Positions 1 through 9,531 of a DNA stretch of 64,000 bases are shown in pieces. This DNA comes from Gammaproteobacteria bacterium. GTDB taxonomy: Bacteria; Pseudomonadota; Gammaproteobacteria; Steroidobacterales; Rariloculaceae. The DNA is taken from assembly GCA_022826245.1 (NCBI GenBank), contig JAJDVG010000046.1:5523-69522 (forward strand), read 5' to 3'. Both the position numbers and the translations under genes were made by a program. A model generated the notes under the pieces. That model saw nothing but the letters and a program-made list of their open reading frames with translations. It was not told where the DNA came from and made no database searches. Numbering within the stretch: the stretch's first letter is position 1; each line of letters opens with the position of its first letter.

Positions 1-455
1 CGTCCCCGCGGCGAGGCGATGACGGCACTGCCCGACGCCGTGTCGAAGTCGACGCACTCGTGTTCGAACCGGTACTCGACGCCGTAGCGCCGGCTCGCGA
101 TCTCGTACAGCGTGTAATTCAGCGCCGATCTCGATACCGAGTGGATCGCCTCGCCGCGGCGTTGACCGTAAGGCACGAATCGCCGCCCGCCGCGTTCATC
201 GTGCAGCATCCGGCCGCGCATCGGGATCAGCAGGCCCTCGATCTCGTCGAATATTCCGGCGCGATCGAGCGCAGCGATGCCGCGGGCAGCGAGCGCGAGA
301 TTGATCGAACGGCCGCGCGGCGGCGCGGCGTTCGAGAACGGCCGGCTGCGCTCGATGACGATCGGCGCCGTACCGCGCCGGGCCAGCAGTATCGCGAGCA
401 GGCTGCCGGCGAGGCCGCCGCCGATGATTGCGGCCGATTCCGATCCTGCGGACAT
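1..455 (-). CDS. kmo: kynurenine 3-monooxygenase, N-terminal ~151 codons (gene runs off the left edge)
   Basis: Absent from the ORF track because there is no in-window stop. My own minus-strand translation from the ATG at 455-453 gives MSAGSESAAIIGGGLAGSLLAILLARRGTAPIVIERSRPF...RSINLALAARGIAALDRAG...IPMRGRMLHDERG. This shows a GxGxxG FAD fold plus KMO-like blocks. It lies downstream of kynU and 3-HAO on the same strand. Confidence 0.7.
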   Translation of the reverse strand, partial: MSAGSESAAIIGGGLAGSLLAILLARRGTAPIVIERSRPFSNAAPPRGRSINLALAARGIAALDRAGIFDEIEGLLIPMRGRMLHDERGGRRFVPYGQRRGEAIHSVSRSALNYTLYEIASRRYGVEYRFEHECVDFDTASGSAVIASPRG

Positions 456-477
456 CAGGGCCTGTCACGCAAAGCGT

Positions 478-1764
478 TCACCGGCCCGGGCCAAGGGCGC
501 GCTCGAGCGCTCGCACTGTCTCGAACACATCGCAATAGCGATTGTAGAGCGGCACGGGCGCGAGCCGAACGATATCCGGCGGCCGCCAGTCCGCGATCAC
601 TCCGGAACGCCGCAGGCGCTGCTGGATGGCGTCCATCGATACCGCGGGATCCTTCAGCCGGACCGAAAGTTGGCAGCCGCGGTCCGCGACGCCGGGCGGG
701 GTCAGGATCTCGATCCGTTCGCGAAGCATGCCCTGAAGCAGATATTCGAGATAGGCCGTCAGGCGTTCGGATTTGCGGCGCAGGCGGTCCATGCCCGCCG
801 CGGCGAAGATGTCGAGCGAAGCCGCCAGCGGCGCCAGCGACAGCACGGGCGGATTGCTGAGCTGCCAGCCCTCGGCGCCGGGTATGGCGGAGAATTCGGG
901 GGCCAGCCGGAACCGGCTTTGCTTGTCGTGCCCCCACCAGCCCGCGAAACGCGGCAGATCGCCGGCCTCGGCCCACCGTTCGTGGACGAAGCAGCCGGCC
1001 ACTGCGCCGGGCCCGCCGTTCAGATACTTGTAGCTGCACCAGACGGCAAAATCGGCGCCCGAGTCGTGTACCGAGAGCGGCAGGTTGCCGATGGCATGGG
1101 CGAGATCGAAACCGATGCGGCAACCGAAGCGGTGGGCGATGTCCGTATACGTGCGCAGATCGAGCGCCTGTCCGGTCAGGAACTGAACGCCGGGCAGCAG
1201 CACGAGCGCGACGCGGCCGCCCTCCGTTTCGAGCAGTCGTTCGAGCCTTTCGGGATCGAGCAGGCCGGTGTCCGGCGCGGGCGCGAGCTCGAGCATGGAG
1301 TTCGCGGGATCGAGACCGTGAAACCCGAGCTGCGATTGCACGGCGTAGCGATCGGACGGAAACGCACCGCGTTCGATGACGATCTTGTGACGCTCGGGGC
1401 CGGGCCTGAAGAAGCTCACCAGCATGAGATGAAGGTTGGCCGTGAGCGTGTTCATCGCGACGACTTCGCCCGGCTGCGCGCCAACGAGCGCGGCCAGGGG
1501 CTCGCTGAACCGTTCGTGGTAGCCGAGCCAGCCGTCCGCGCCGAAATGTCCCTCGACGGCGCATTCGGCCCAGCGGTCGAGTTCCTTGCCGATCAACGTG
1601 CGAACGCGGCGCGGCATCAATCCGAGCGAATGCCCGCACAGGTAGACTGCCCGGCCTTGCCCGTTTCCGGGTTGCTGAAACCGCCGCCTGAAGCCCGCGA
1701 GCTCGTCGTCGGCGTCGAGCTTCCTCGCGCAGCTCAGGTCCGTGCTGAATTCGGTCGAAACCAT
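478..1764 (-). CDS. kynU: kynureninase
   Basis: 428-aa ORF with kynureninase-like blocks: YLCGHSLGLMP, NTLTANLHLM, FDLAHAIGN and SYKYLNGGPG (PLP-lysine context). Confidence 0.9.
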   Translation of the reverse strand: MVSTEFSTDLSCARKLDADDELAGFRRRFQQPGNGQGRAVYLCGHSLGLMPRRVRTLIGKELDRWAECAVEGHFGADGWLGYHERFSEPLAALVGAQPGEVVAMNTLTANLHLMLVSFFRPGPERHKIVIERGAFPSDRYAVQSQLGFHGLDPANSMLELAPAPDTGLLDPERLERLLETEGGRVALVLLPGVQFLTGQALDLRTYTDIAHRFGCRIGFDLAHAIGNLPLSVHDSGADFAVWCSYKYLNGGPGAVAGCFVHERWAEAGDLPRFAGWWGHDKQSRFRLAPEFSAIPGAEGWQLSNPPVLSLAPLAASLDIFAAAGMDRLRRKSERLTAYLEYLLQGMLRERIEILTPPGVADRGCQLSVRLKDPAVSMDAIQQRLRRSGVIADWRPPDIVRLAPVPLYNRYCDVFETVRALERALGPGR

Positions 1765-1821
1765 GGGTTCGGGGCTGTGCGCGTGCCGGCGGATCGGCGT
1801 TGCATCGGTGTGTCGAGGCGG

Positions 1822-2334
1822 CTAGTCCGCCGGCATGACGGTGCCGCAGCGATCGCAGGTGCGTGCATCCTCGTTTCCGTAGAAGCGCTCGAACACGGGA
1901 GGCAGGTCCGTGACGATGTCCGCGACGTGCAGGAACTCCTCGTGAAGCTTGTGTTCGCAGTTGGCGCAGAACCACATGAACCCGTCCTGCTCCTCGGGCG
2001 TGCGCTGCCGCTCGACGACGATCCCGACCGTGTTCCCGAAACGCTGCGGGGAGTGCGGAACGCAGGGCGGCAGCAGGAAGATCTCTCCTTCGCGGATCGG
2101 GACGTCGACGATCCGGCCGTCCTGTACGGTCTTCAGCAGCATGTCGCCCTCGACCTGGTAGAACAGCTCGGGGCCTACGTCGTAGTGATAGTCCGTGCGC
2201 GAGTTCGGGCCGCCGACGACCATCACGATGAACTCCGAATGCCGGAACATTTCCCGGTTGCAGACGGGCGGTCTCAGCAGTTCGCGATTGTCTTCGATCC
2301 AGCCTAACAGGCTGAACGGCATCGTCAGGCTCAT
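1822..2334 (-). CDS. nbaC: 3-hydroxyanthranilate 3,4-dioxygenase
   Basis: Track ORF 1822..2586 trimmed to the internal MSLTMPF start at 2334; the longer form would overlap apaH. It has the cupin block GGPNSRTDYHYDVGPELFYQVEGDM and a C-terminal CxxC...CxxC pair (CANCEH...CDRCG), as in bacterial 3-HAO. Confidence 0.85.
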   Translation of the reverse strand: MSLTMPFSLLGWIEDNRELLRPPVCNREMFRHSEFIVMVVGGPNSRTDYHYDVGPELFYQVEGDMLLKTVQDGRIVDVPIREGEIFLLPPCVPHSPQRFGNTVGIVVERQRTPEEQDGFMWFCANCEHKLHEEFLHVADIVTDLPPVFERFYGNEDARTCDRCGTVMPAD

Positions 2335-2396
2335 CGTCGCGCTCCAGGCCAGGCGTCGGACGCCGTTGTCATTATGCCCAATCGCGGCTTGCGCGG

Positions 2397-3212
2397 TCAG
2401 GCTCGCTCCCGGCCGGGCTCGGCGATCGGCGGGCCGGCCGGATCGAGCGGTACGGCGGTCAGTGCGCCGCCCCAGACGCAGCCGGTGTCGAGCGCCGTTA
2501 TGTCGGCGCGGCGCTTGAGTCCGAGCGCGGACCAGTGACCGAAGACGACATGGACGTCGCAAGCCCGGTGAGGAACGTCGAACCACGGGACGAGACCCGC
2601 GGCTTGCGTGCCCGGCGGCCCGGTGTGCTGCAGATCGAGCCGCCCGCGGCGATCGCAGAAGCGCATGCGCGTGAGCGCGTTGATCGTGAAGCGCCGCCTT
2701 TGCTGCGGAGGCAGGCCTTCCGACCAGATGGCCGGCTCGTTGCCGTACATGCCGTCAAGCGCATCGCGCCAGCGCGGTCCCGAGAGCAGCGCCGTGACCT
2801 CGCCGCCGCGGGCAAGCGCCTGTTCCAGGCTCCAGACCGGCGGGATGCCGGCGTGCACGAGCACCGTGCCGAGCCGCGCGTCGTGGTGCAACAGCGGGCG
2901 TCGGCGCAGCCAGTCCAGCAGTTGCGGGGCGTCCGGCGCCGTCAGTACATCGTTGAAGGTATCGCCCGGCCCGGCGGGTCGTATGCCGGCCGCGGTCGCC
3001 AGCAGGTGCAGGTCGTGATTGCCGAGCACGCAGGTCGCACTGTCGCCGAGTGCGATGACTCGCCGCAGGACCCCCAGGGAATCCGGGCCGCGATTGACGA
3101 GGTCGCCGACGAGCCACAGTTCGTCCCGACCGGGTTCGAAGGCCATGGCGTCGAGCAGCGCGTCGAATTCCGCGGCGCAGCCCTGAATGTCGCCCACGGC
3201 ATAGAGCGTCAT
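2397..3212 (-). CDS. apaH: bis(5'-nucleosyl)-tetraphosphatase, symmetrical
   Basis: MTLYAVGDIQGC...GDLVNRGPDS...GNHD metallophosphatase motifs. 4-nt overlap with rsmA. Confidence 0.9.
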   Translation of the reverse strand: MTLYAVGDIQGCAAEFDALLDAMAFEPGRDELWLVGDLVNRGPDSLGVLRRVIALGDSATCVLGNHDLHLLATAAGIRPAGPGDTFNDVLTAPDAPQLLDWLRRRPLLHHDARLGTVLVHAGIPPVWSLEQALARGGEVTALLSGPRWRDALDGMYGNEPAIWSEGLPPQQRRRFTINALTRMRFCDRRGRLDLQHTGPPGTQAAGLVPWFDVPHRACDVHVVFGHWSALGLKRRADITALDTGCVWGGALTAVPLDPAGPPIAEPGRERA

Positions 3213-3991
3213 GACGGATTCTCAAGATCGGCGAGCCGCGCGAAGTCCGCCGGCTGAAGCGTCTCGGGGCGGGCGCCCGGATCGATCCCGGCAGCTTCGA
3301 TCTGCGCGGTCGTGAGCCGGCCCTTGAGGGATCTCCCAAGCGTCTTGCGGCGCATCGAAAACAGGTGAGCGACGAGTCCCGCGAAGGCCGTTGCGTCGCG
3401 GACGGCGAAACTCGCGGTCGGGCGAGGCCTGATGCGCACGAAGGTCGAGCGGACCTTCGGCGGCGGCGTAAACGCGCCCGGTCCGATGTCGAAGCACGCC
3501 TCGATGTCGCTCCAGGCCGCAAGCATCACCGTCAACCGCCCGTAGTCCTTGCCGCCGGGTCGGGCGGTCATCCTGTCGACGACTTCCTTCTGCAGCATGA
3601 GGTGCATGTCCGCGACGATCGTCCTGAACTCGAGCAGGCGAAACAGCAACGGCGTCGACACGTTGTAGGGCAGATTGCCGACGATGCGCAGCGGCATTGC
3701 CGCGCCGGAGACCGCGGAATAGTCGAACTCGAGTGCATCGGCCCGATGCAGGGTCAACGCCGCCGAACCGCCGTAGCGCGCCTCGATCAGATCGGCAAGT
3801 TCGGTGTCGAGTTCGATCACGTGCAGGTCGTCGGACCGCTCGAGCAGCGGCGCGGTCAGGGCTCCGCGCCCGCCGCCGATCTCGACGATCCGCTCGCCGC
3901 GCCGCGGAGCGATCGCCGAGACGATTTTCGCGATGACGATCGGATCGTGCAGGAAATGCTGGCCGAGGCGCTTGCGTGGGCGCCGCATCAA
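3209..3991 (-). CDS. rsmA: 16S rRNA (adenine1518/1519-N6)-dimethyltransferase
   Basis: RKRLGQHFLHD...VEIGGGRGALT...GNLPYNVSTP motifs. Classical position between pdxA and apaH. Confidence 0.92.
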   Translation of the reverse strand: MMRRPRKRLGQHFLHDPIVIAKIVSAIAPRRGERIVEIGGGRGALTAPLLERSDDLHVIELDTELADLIEARYGGSAALTLHRADALEFDYSAVSGAAMPLRIVGNLPYNVSTPLLFRLLEFRTIVADMHLMLQKEVVDRMTARPGGKDYGRLTVMLAAWSDIEACFDIGPGAFTPPPKVRSTFVRIRPRPTASFAVRDATAFAGLVAHLFSMRRKTLGRSLKGRLTTAQIEAAGIDPGARPETLQPADFARLADLENPS

Positions 3992-5043
3992 CGCGAACCG
4001 GCTGTTCCGGCGAGGCGCACGGCCATTTGGACGGCCTCATACAGGCTGTCATGCCGGGCGCGGCCGCTGCCGGCCAGCGACAACGCGGTACCGTGATCGA
4101 CGGAGGTACGGACGATCGGCAGACCGAGCGTGACGTTGACGATCGCTCCGAACGCGGACGCCTTGAGCGCCGGCAGGCCCTGGTCGTGGTACATCGCAAG
4201 CACGACGTCGCAACGGCTGAGCGACTCCGGGGTGAAGGCCGTGTCCGCGGGCACCGGGCCGATGATGTCGATGCCGCGTGCGCCAAGCGACGCCAGCGCC
4301 GGTTCAATAACGGTCAGTTCCTCCTCGCCGAGCGTGCCGTCCTCGCCCGCGTGCGGGTTCAGTCCGAGCACGAGGATGCGCGGTTTCCCGATTCCGAAGC
4401 GGTCGGTGAGCCCGTCGTGCACGATCGTGATGATTCGCTCGATCCGGCCGCGGTCGAGCGCGGCGGGGACGTCGCGCAACGGCAGATGGGTCGTTGCGAG
4501 CGCGACCCGCAGGGCACTGCTGCAGAGCATCATCACCGCCTGCCCGGAACCGGTCAGTTCGGCGAGAAACTCCGTGTGTCCCGTGAACGGCACGCCGCTT
4601 TCGCTGATCGCGCTCTTGTTCACGGGCGCGGTCACCAGCGCATCGCACTCGCCTCTCATGCAGAGCCCCGCGCCCAACTCGAGCATGTCGAGCACGTAAC
4701 GCGCGTTCCGGGCATCGAGTCGGCCTGCAACGGCAGAGCACTTTGCAGGCACCTCGAGCACCTGCATCGTCCCGCGGCGATGCGGCGCGATGTCCCTCGC
4801 GCCGTCCAGGACTTCGAACCGAAGCTCGAGACCGAGCTTGCGTCCCCGCGAAGCCAGAATCTCGGCATCGCCGAGCACGGCAAGGCGCGCCGGAATATCC
4901 TCGTCGCAAAGCGCGCAGCAGATGTCAGGACCGATTCCGGCCGGTTCGCCGGAACTGACGACGATTGCGGGAGGTGTCACTGGCGGTTCCCCGCTCACGA
5001 CGCGTGGTTGACCGGCGAGCATTGTGGTGCGGCCGCGTACCAC
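3988..5043 (-). CDS. pdxA: 4-hydroxythreonine-4-phosphate dehydrogenase
   Basis: SSGEPAGIGPDI...TTHLPLRDV...GLNPHAGEDG...VRTSVDHGTA blocks. The start could instead be the MLAGQ codon at 5022. Confidence 0.9.
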   Translation of the reverse strand: MVRGRTTMLAGQPRVVSGEPPVTPPAIVVSSGEPAGIGPDICCALCDEDIPARLAVLGDAEILASRGRKLGLELRFEVLDGARDIAPHRRGTMQVLEVPAKCSAVAGRLDARNARYVLDMLELGAGLCMRGECDALVTAPVNKSAISESGVPFTGHTEFLAELTGSGQAVMMLCSSALRVALATTHLPLRDVPAALDRGRIERIITIVHDGLTDRFGIGKPRILVLGLNPHAGEDGTLGEEELTVIEPALASLGARGIDIIGPVPADTAFTPESLSRCDVVLAMYHDQGLPALKASAFGAIVNVTLGLPIVRTSVDHGTALSLAGSGRARHDSLYEAVQMAVRLAGTAGSR

Positions 5044-5071
5044 CTGCCCCCCCGGTTTGCCACAATGCCAA

Positions 5072-5180
5072 GGGGAGTTGCACTACCGGTCGCTTGAGAC
5101 CCTCGCGCGCTGGTTTGCGCGCGCGGAGCGTACAGGGTTGTATTTACCGCGTGTCTCAAGCGACCGGTAGTGCGACTCCC
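5072..5180. repeat. 109-bp palindromic MITE/REP-like element (full copy)
   Basis: Left arm GGGGAGTTGCACTACCGGTCGCTTGAGAC (5072-5100) matches the reverse complement of 5152-5180 at 28 of 29 positions. The 51-nt core contains a second CGCGCGC/GCGCGCG palindrome. Positions 5116-5184 recur at 40758-40826. Confidence 0.8.
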
Positions 5181-5202
5181 CGCACCACGTAGCGAACGTG
5201 GC

Positions 5203-6540
5203 CTACAGGCGCGTATCGATGTACGCCTGATCCCGCAGGCGGCGCAGCCACATCGCCTTTTCCTCCTCGGCCTTGGCTGCCCGAATCTCCCCGGCGCATT
5301 GCTGTTCCTTGACGTCGTTGGTCTGATCGTAGGAACGGTGCTCGAGCACCTCGAGGATGTGCCAGCCGAACCGGGTCTGGAAAGGCTCGCTGAGTTCGCC
5401 GATCGGCAGCGAGGTCAGCATTTCGGTGAACTCCGGGACGTACGCCTCGGGCTCCGACCAGCCGAGATCGCCGCCGTCGGCGGCCGATACGGCATCTTCG
5501 GACACGGCCTGCGCGATCGTCGCGAAGTCGTCGCCGCCGAGGATCTGGTCACGGATGCCGCGCAGGCGCTGCATGGCGGCGTCATCGTCGAGCACCTCGT
5601 TGGGCGTGATCAGAATGTGCCGGCCGCGTACCTGATCGACCATGACGCGCTGGTCCCCGCGCATGTCGTTGAGGCGCACGAGATTGAGACCGCTGCCGCT
5701 CTGGATCGGCTCGGACACCTCTCCGGCTTGCATGCGCGTCACCGAATCGGCGAACAGCGTCGGCAGTTCCGAGCCGCGCCGCCAGCCGAGCTCGCCCCCC
5801 TCGAGCGCCGTCGGCGAGTCGGAAAACGTCACGGCGAGTTGACCGAAATCCTCGCCGTCTTCAACCCGCTCGAGAATCTCGTTGACCTCCCGTTGCGCGG
5901 CGGCGAGTTCTTCGCTGCTCGCCGCCGACGACACGCTGACGAGGATGTGCGAAATGTTGTACAGGAACTCGCTGGTCCGCGACTGGTCGGTGCGCTGCAG
6001 GCACTGCTCGAGTTCGCGCGGGGTGATGGCGATGCGGGCGAGCACGTCACGCTGTTCGAGCTGGCGCAGGGTGAGGTCCTTGCGGCTGTCTTCCCGGTAC
6101 ATCGCGTAGTCGATGCTCTCTTCGGCGAGCGCCGCCGGCAGTTGCTCGAGCGTCAGCCCGAGTTGTTCGGCGACGGCCGAAAGCGCCTGGTTGAGCACGT
6201 CGTCGCCAATCTCGATGCCGATACGCGCGGCGCGTTGCACCTGTATTTCCTCGAGAATGAGCTGTTCGAGCACCTGACTTTCGAGCACGGACAGCGGCGG
6301 CAGCGGGCGGCGCTGTTCGGCAGGGAGCTGTTCCTGCTGCAGCCTGAGGTTGTCGACGACCGTGGCCATGCGCATGGCGAGCTCGCTCTTGAGCACGACG
6401 CCCTCATCGACGAGGGCCGCGACACCATCGAGCAGTTCACCGCTCGATCCGAGTTCCCTGGTCTGGGCCTGAACGTCGGCGCAGACCAGGATTGCCGCCG
6501 CGCCGAATGCGGCGGCGAACGATCGTTTGCACAGGTTCAT
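5203..6540 (-). CDS. surA: periplasmic chaperone / peptidyl-prolyl isomerase SurA
   Basis: 445 aa with a signal peptide and two parvulin-like regions (...HILV..., ...GWHILEV...). 4-nt overlap with lptD. Confidence 0.9.
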   Translation of the reverse strand: MNLCKRSFAAAFGAAAILVCADVQAQTRELGSSGELLDGVAALVDEGVVLKSELAMRMATVVDNLRLQQEQLPAEQRRPLPPLSVLESQVLEQLILEEIQVQRAARIGIEIGDDVLNQALSAVAEQLGLTLEQLPAALAEESIDYAMYREDSRKDLTLRQLEQRDVLARIAITPRELEQCLQRTDQSRTSEFLYNISHILVSVSSAASSEELAAAQREVNEILERVEDGEDFGQLAVTFSDSPTALEGGELGWRRGSELPTLFADSVTRMQAGEVSEPIQSGSGLNLVRLNDMRGDQRVMVDQVRGRHILITPNEVLDDDAAMQRLRGIRDQILGGDDFATIAQAVSEDAVSAADGGDLGWSEPEAYVPEFTEMLTSLPIGELSEPFQTRFGWHILEVLEHRSYDQTNDVKEQQCAGEIRAAKAEEEKAMWLRRLRDQAYIDTRL

Positions 6541-8747
6541 TGAAAGGTCGATCCCGCGATGCTGCGATAGCCTAGAATACCACGGTCGAGCAGCTCCTCA
6601 GGAGCGCCCGAGCTTTCCGTAAGGCCCTTCAATTCGAGCTGAATCGTGATCGCGCTGTCGGTCTCGCCCGTGCGGCTGCTCACGTAGCGGCGGCCGACCA
6701 GGCGGATGCGCCAGCAGCAGGCTTCGTATTCCCAGCCGACGAACTGCTCGAGCGGTTCCTCCTCGAGCAGCGAATAGCTGTAATGGCCGATCACGCGCCA
6801 GCGCTCGCCGATGGGCCAGACCATCGACAGGTCGCCCTGTTCGAGCAGGCTGCGGCGGTATCGGTAGCCGATGCCGAACAGCCGGTCGGCCTGCGGCCGG
6901 AACTCGAATCTGGTTTCCGCCCGCGCGGTGTCCTCGGTTTCGCTGTTCCATTGGTAGCCGAAGTCGAGATTCCAGGTATCGCTGAGCCGCAGCGCCATTT
7001 CGGCGACGTAATCGGACGCGTCGGCATCGTTCGCCCGGCCGTCCGGCAGGCTCACGTTCTGCGCTTCGAGGTAGCGGGTCTGGCCGAGAGTCGCACGGAG
7101 GCGCTCCTGACCCGTCGCGCCGTCGATGAGCCGGGTCGAGACGCCGAAGCTCACCTGTTCCGTATCGGCGATGCGATCGGGGCCGGAGAACCGGTACTTC
7201 CTGAATAGCTGAACGAGGTTGAAGTCCGGGACGATCGTGTCGAACACGGGCAGGTTCGCCTGATCCTCGAACGGTACGTGGACGTAGAGCAATCGCGGTT
7301 CGAGCGTCTGAATGAAGCCTCCGTCGGCGCCGGCGGAGCGCTCGAAGGTGAGTCCCGAGTCGATGCTCGCGATCGGCAGGCCGCGCTTGATGTCCCCGGG
7401 CTCGCCCGGCGCCGTGTCGTCGAGCCAGTAGTTGGTCTGCCGGTACGCGACCGCGGGTGTCAGGTACATGCCGGCGCGCGCCAGCATCAGGCTCATTTCC
7501 TGCGTCGAGTCGAACCGCCAGCCCGTCGTGCCGATGTCGCGGTCGAAGTTCACGAGTTCGGTCGTCGATTCGAAGCCGACGACACGCCCGGCCCAACGCC
7601 CGTCGAAGACGATCTGCGGCACGCGTTCGTACGGCCGGTTCGTGGACTCGATCAGCGCGTCGATGGTCTGGTAGTTCTGGAACCGGGACCGCAGGGACCA
7701 GTTGTCGGCATAGAAACCGAGGTCGAAGAAACGGTTCAGATGCGTCTGGCTCGTGATGCTCAGGCTGTCGCCGAGATCTTCGAAATAGGTGTCATCGGAT
7801 ACTTCGGCAATGCCGGCGAGGAGCTGCCAGTTGCGTCCGAACAGCGTCTCGTGCGCGAAGTTGACGTAGCGTCGCGTACGGTCGAGTTGCGAGTCGTCGG
7901 GGAGGAATTCGAACCCCAACTGACCCGTGCTGCGCGGCATGAGGTAGCGGAAGTCGCCGTTCAACTGCATGCCGCGCTCGCTCATGTAGCGCGGTTGGAG
8001 CGTCAGGTCGTAGTTCGGGGCGAGGTTGAGATAGTAGGGAATGCCGATATCGAGCCCCGTGCGGTCCCGTTCGGCGAGTTGTGGCGTCAGGAAGCCGCTC
8101 TTGCGGCGATCGTCGATCGGAAAAGTGAAGTAGGGCGCATACAGGAGCGGCACTCCCCGGAACTCGAACTTGACGCCGCGCGCCGTGCCGAAGCCGCGAT
8201 CGACATCGAGCAGGATCTCGCGGGCAAGCAGTTCCCAGGCGACTCCGTCGGCCGGGCAGGTCGTGAAGTTGACGGCAGCAAGTTCCACCGTGTTGTCGGC
8301 GCTGAGCAGGAGATCGTCGGCGGAACCTCGCGCCGGCCGCGTCAGCAGCTCGAATCCGGCCCGGTCGAAGAATATCTGCTCGGCGTCGGCGCGCAATTCC
8401 GCGCCTTCGGCGAACACGTTGACATCGGAATCGCGGTATGTCGTGCGGCCGATGACCTGCACGGTTTCGTTGTCCCGGTCGTAGCTCGCCCGTTCCGCGG
8501 ACAGACTTCCGTCCCCGTAACGTATCTCCACCTGTTCGGAAAAATCCGCCGTGTCGCCGCCCGCGATGTCGATTCTCCCCGCGGAGATGATCAACGGCTG
8601 CCGTCCGGTCGAGTCCGACGCCGGTGGCAACGGGGGCAGGGGCGGTTGGGCGACCGGTGTCAGACACAGTTCCTGCGCAGCGCCCAGCCGGAAGGCGCAC
8701 AGGCACGCAAGGACGACGAGGGAGCGTGATCGATTGCTCGGGACCAA
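6537..8747 (-). CDS. lptD: LPS-assembly outer-membrane protein LptD
   Basis: 736 aa with a signal peptide and a beta-barrel-like Y/F/R-rich C-terminal region. Conserved lptD-surA-pdxA synteny. Confidence 0.9.
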   Translation of the reverse strand: MVPSNRSRSLVVLACLCAFRLGAAQELCLTPVAQPPLPPLPPASDSTGRQPLIISAGRIDIAGGDTADFSEQVEIRYGDGSLSAERASYDRDNETVQVIGRTTYRDSDVNVFAEGAELRADAEQIFFDRAGFELLTRPARGSADDLLLSADNTVELAAVNFTTCPADGVAWELLAREILLDVDRGFGTARGVKFEFRGVPLLYAPYFTFPIDDRRKSGFLTPQLAERDRTGLDIGIPYYLNLAPNYDLTLQPRYMSERGMQLNGDFRYLMPRSTGQLGFEFLPDDSQLDRTRRYVNFAHETLFGRNWQLLAGIAEVSDDTYFEDLGDSLSITSQTHLNRFFDLGFYADNWSLRSRFQNYQTIDALIESTNRPYERVPQIVFDGRWAGRVVGFESTTELVNFDRDIGTTGWRFDSTQEMSLMLARAGMYLTPAVAYRQTNYWLDDTAPGEPGDIKRGLPIASIDSGLTFERSAGADGGFIQTLEPRLLYVHVPFEDQANLPVFDTIVPDFNLVQLFRKYRFSGPDRIADTEQVSFGVSTRLIDGATGQERLRATLGQTRYLEAQNVSLPDGRANDADASDYVAEMALRLSDTWNLDFGYQWNSETEDTARAETRFEFRPQADRLFGIGYRYRRSLLEQGDLSMVWPIGERWRVIGHYSYSLLEEEPLEQFVGWEYEACCWRIRLVGRRYVSSRTGETDSAITIQLELKGLTESSGAPEELLDRGILGYRSIAGSTFQ

Positions 8748-8838
8748 GGATTGGCGCCGCGTAAAGGAAGTTACAATGGCACAGATCGCACCTGGCGTTC
8801 AATTGATCCCGCAAACCACCGCCGCTTTCCGTAGCCCG

Positions 8839-9531
8839 ATGTCCTCCCGACCCGCCAAGGCCATGATTCTGGCTGCCGGACGGGGCGAGCGAATGCGCGC
8901 CCTGACGAGCGACCGTCCCAAGCCGTTGCTCGAGATCGGTAACGAGTCGCTGATCGAAAGGCACCTGCGGCGGCTTGCCGAATGCGGCACGACGGATGTC
9001 GTGATCAACCTGTCGTATCGAGGCGCGCAGATTCGCAGGCGCCTGGGCGACGGAGCGCGCTGGAACCTGAACATCGAGTACAGCGAGGAGGGTGAACCGC
9101 CGCTCGAGACCGGCGGCGGGATCGTCCGCGCATTGCCGATGCTCGGCGGCCAACCCTTTCTGCTGATCAATGCCGACGTGTTGACCGACTTCGACTTCTC
9201 GAGCTTGCGCCTGGACAGGGAGCACGGCGTGCTCGTGCTCGTGCCGAGGCCGGCCTGGCGAGAGCAGGGCGATTTCGGCCTGGACGGCGGATCGATGGTC
9301 GTTGCGGCGCCGCCAAGCTACGTATTCGCGGGCGTCTCGATGCTCGATCCCGTGCTGTTCGAGGGCTGCGGTCCCGGCCGTCGGCCGCTCAAGCCGATCC
9401 TCGACGCGGCGATCGCAAGGCGCTCGCTGCGGGGCGAACTCCACGAAGGCTTGTGGACGGACGTCGGGACGCCGGAGCGCCTGCGCGCGGCGCGGCGCCT
9501 CGCCCAGGCTAGTGCGTCATCGCGTAGATGA
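8839..9531 (+). CDS. murU: nucleotidyltransferase, MurU-like (N-acetylmuramate-1-phosphate uridylyltransferase family)
   Basis: AMILAAGRGERMRALTSDRPKPLLEIG...LETGGGI...LINADV motifs, divergent from lptD as in other Gammaproteobacteria. Start chosen at MSSRPAKAMILAAG; ATG 8776 is an alternative. The track start at 8551 overlaps lptD. Confidence 0.7.
   Translation: MSSRPAKAMILAAGRGERMRALTSDRPKPLLEIGNESLIERHLRRLAECGTTDVVINLSYRGAQIRRRLGDGARWNLNIEYSEEGEPPLETGGGIVRALPMLGGQPFLLINADVLTDFDFSSLRLDREHGVLVLVPRPAWREQGDFGLDGGSMVVAAPPSYVFAGVSMLDPVLFEGCGPGRRPLKPILDAAIARRSLRGELHEGLWTDVGTPERLRAARRLAQASASSRR

Noticed and set aside
277-2307. 676-aa plus-strand ORF, plus 455..1975 on the minus strand in another frame
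   Set aside because: Both overlap kynU and 3-HAO, whose translations carry diagnostic motifs. These alternatives are Arg/Ala-rich without motifs.
1822-2586. Long N-terminal extensions of track ORFs (3-HAO 1822..2586, murU 8551..9531, DUF58 17026..18345, TRAP 31453.., MBL 46581.., cytochrome c 63337.., orphan 36348..)
   Set aside because: The extensions overlap neighbouring genes or are Arg-rich junk. Internal starts restore family-typical N-termini or signal peptides, so the features were trimmed.
9509-9531. 23-nt convergent overlap of the murU-like and DUF4159-like gene ends
   Set aside because: This is common in compact high-GC genomes and depends on exact stop assignment. It is not evidence of any special feature.
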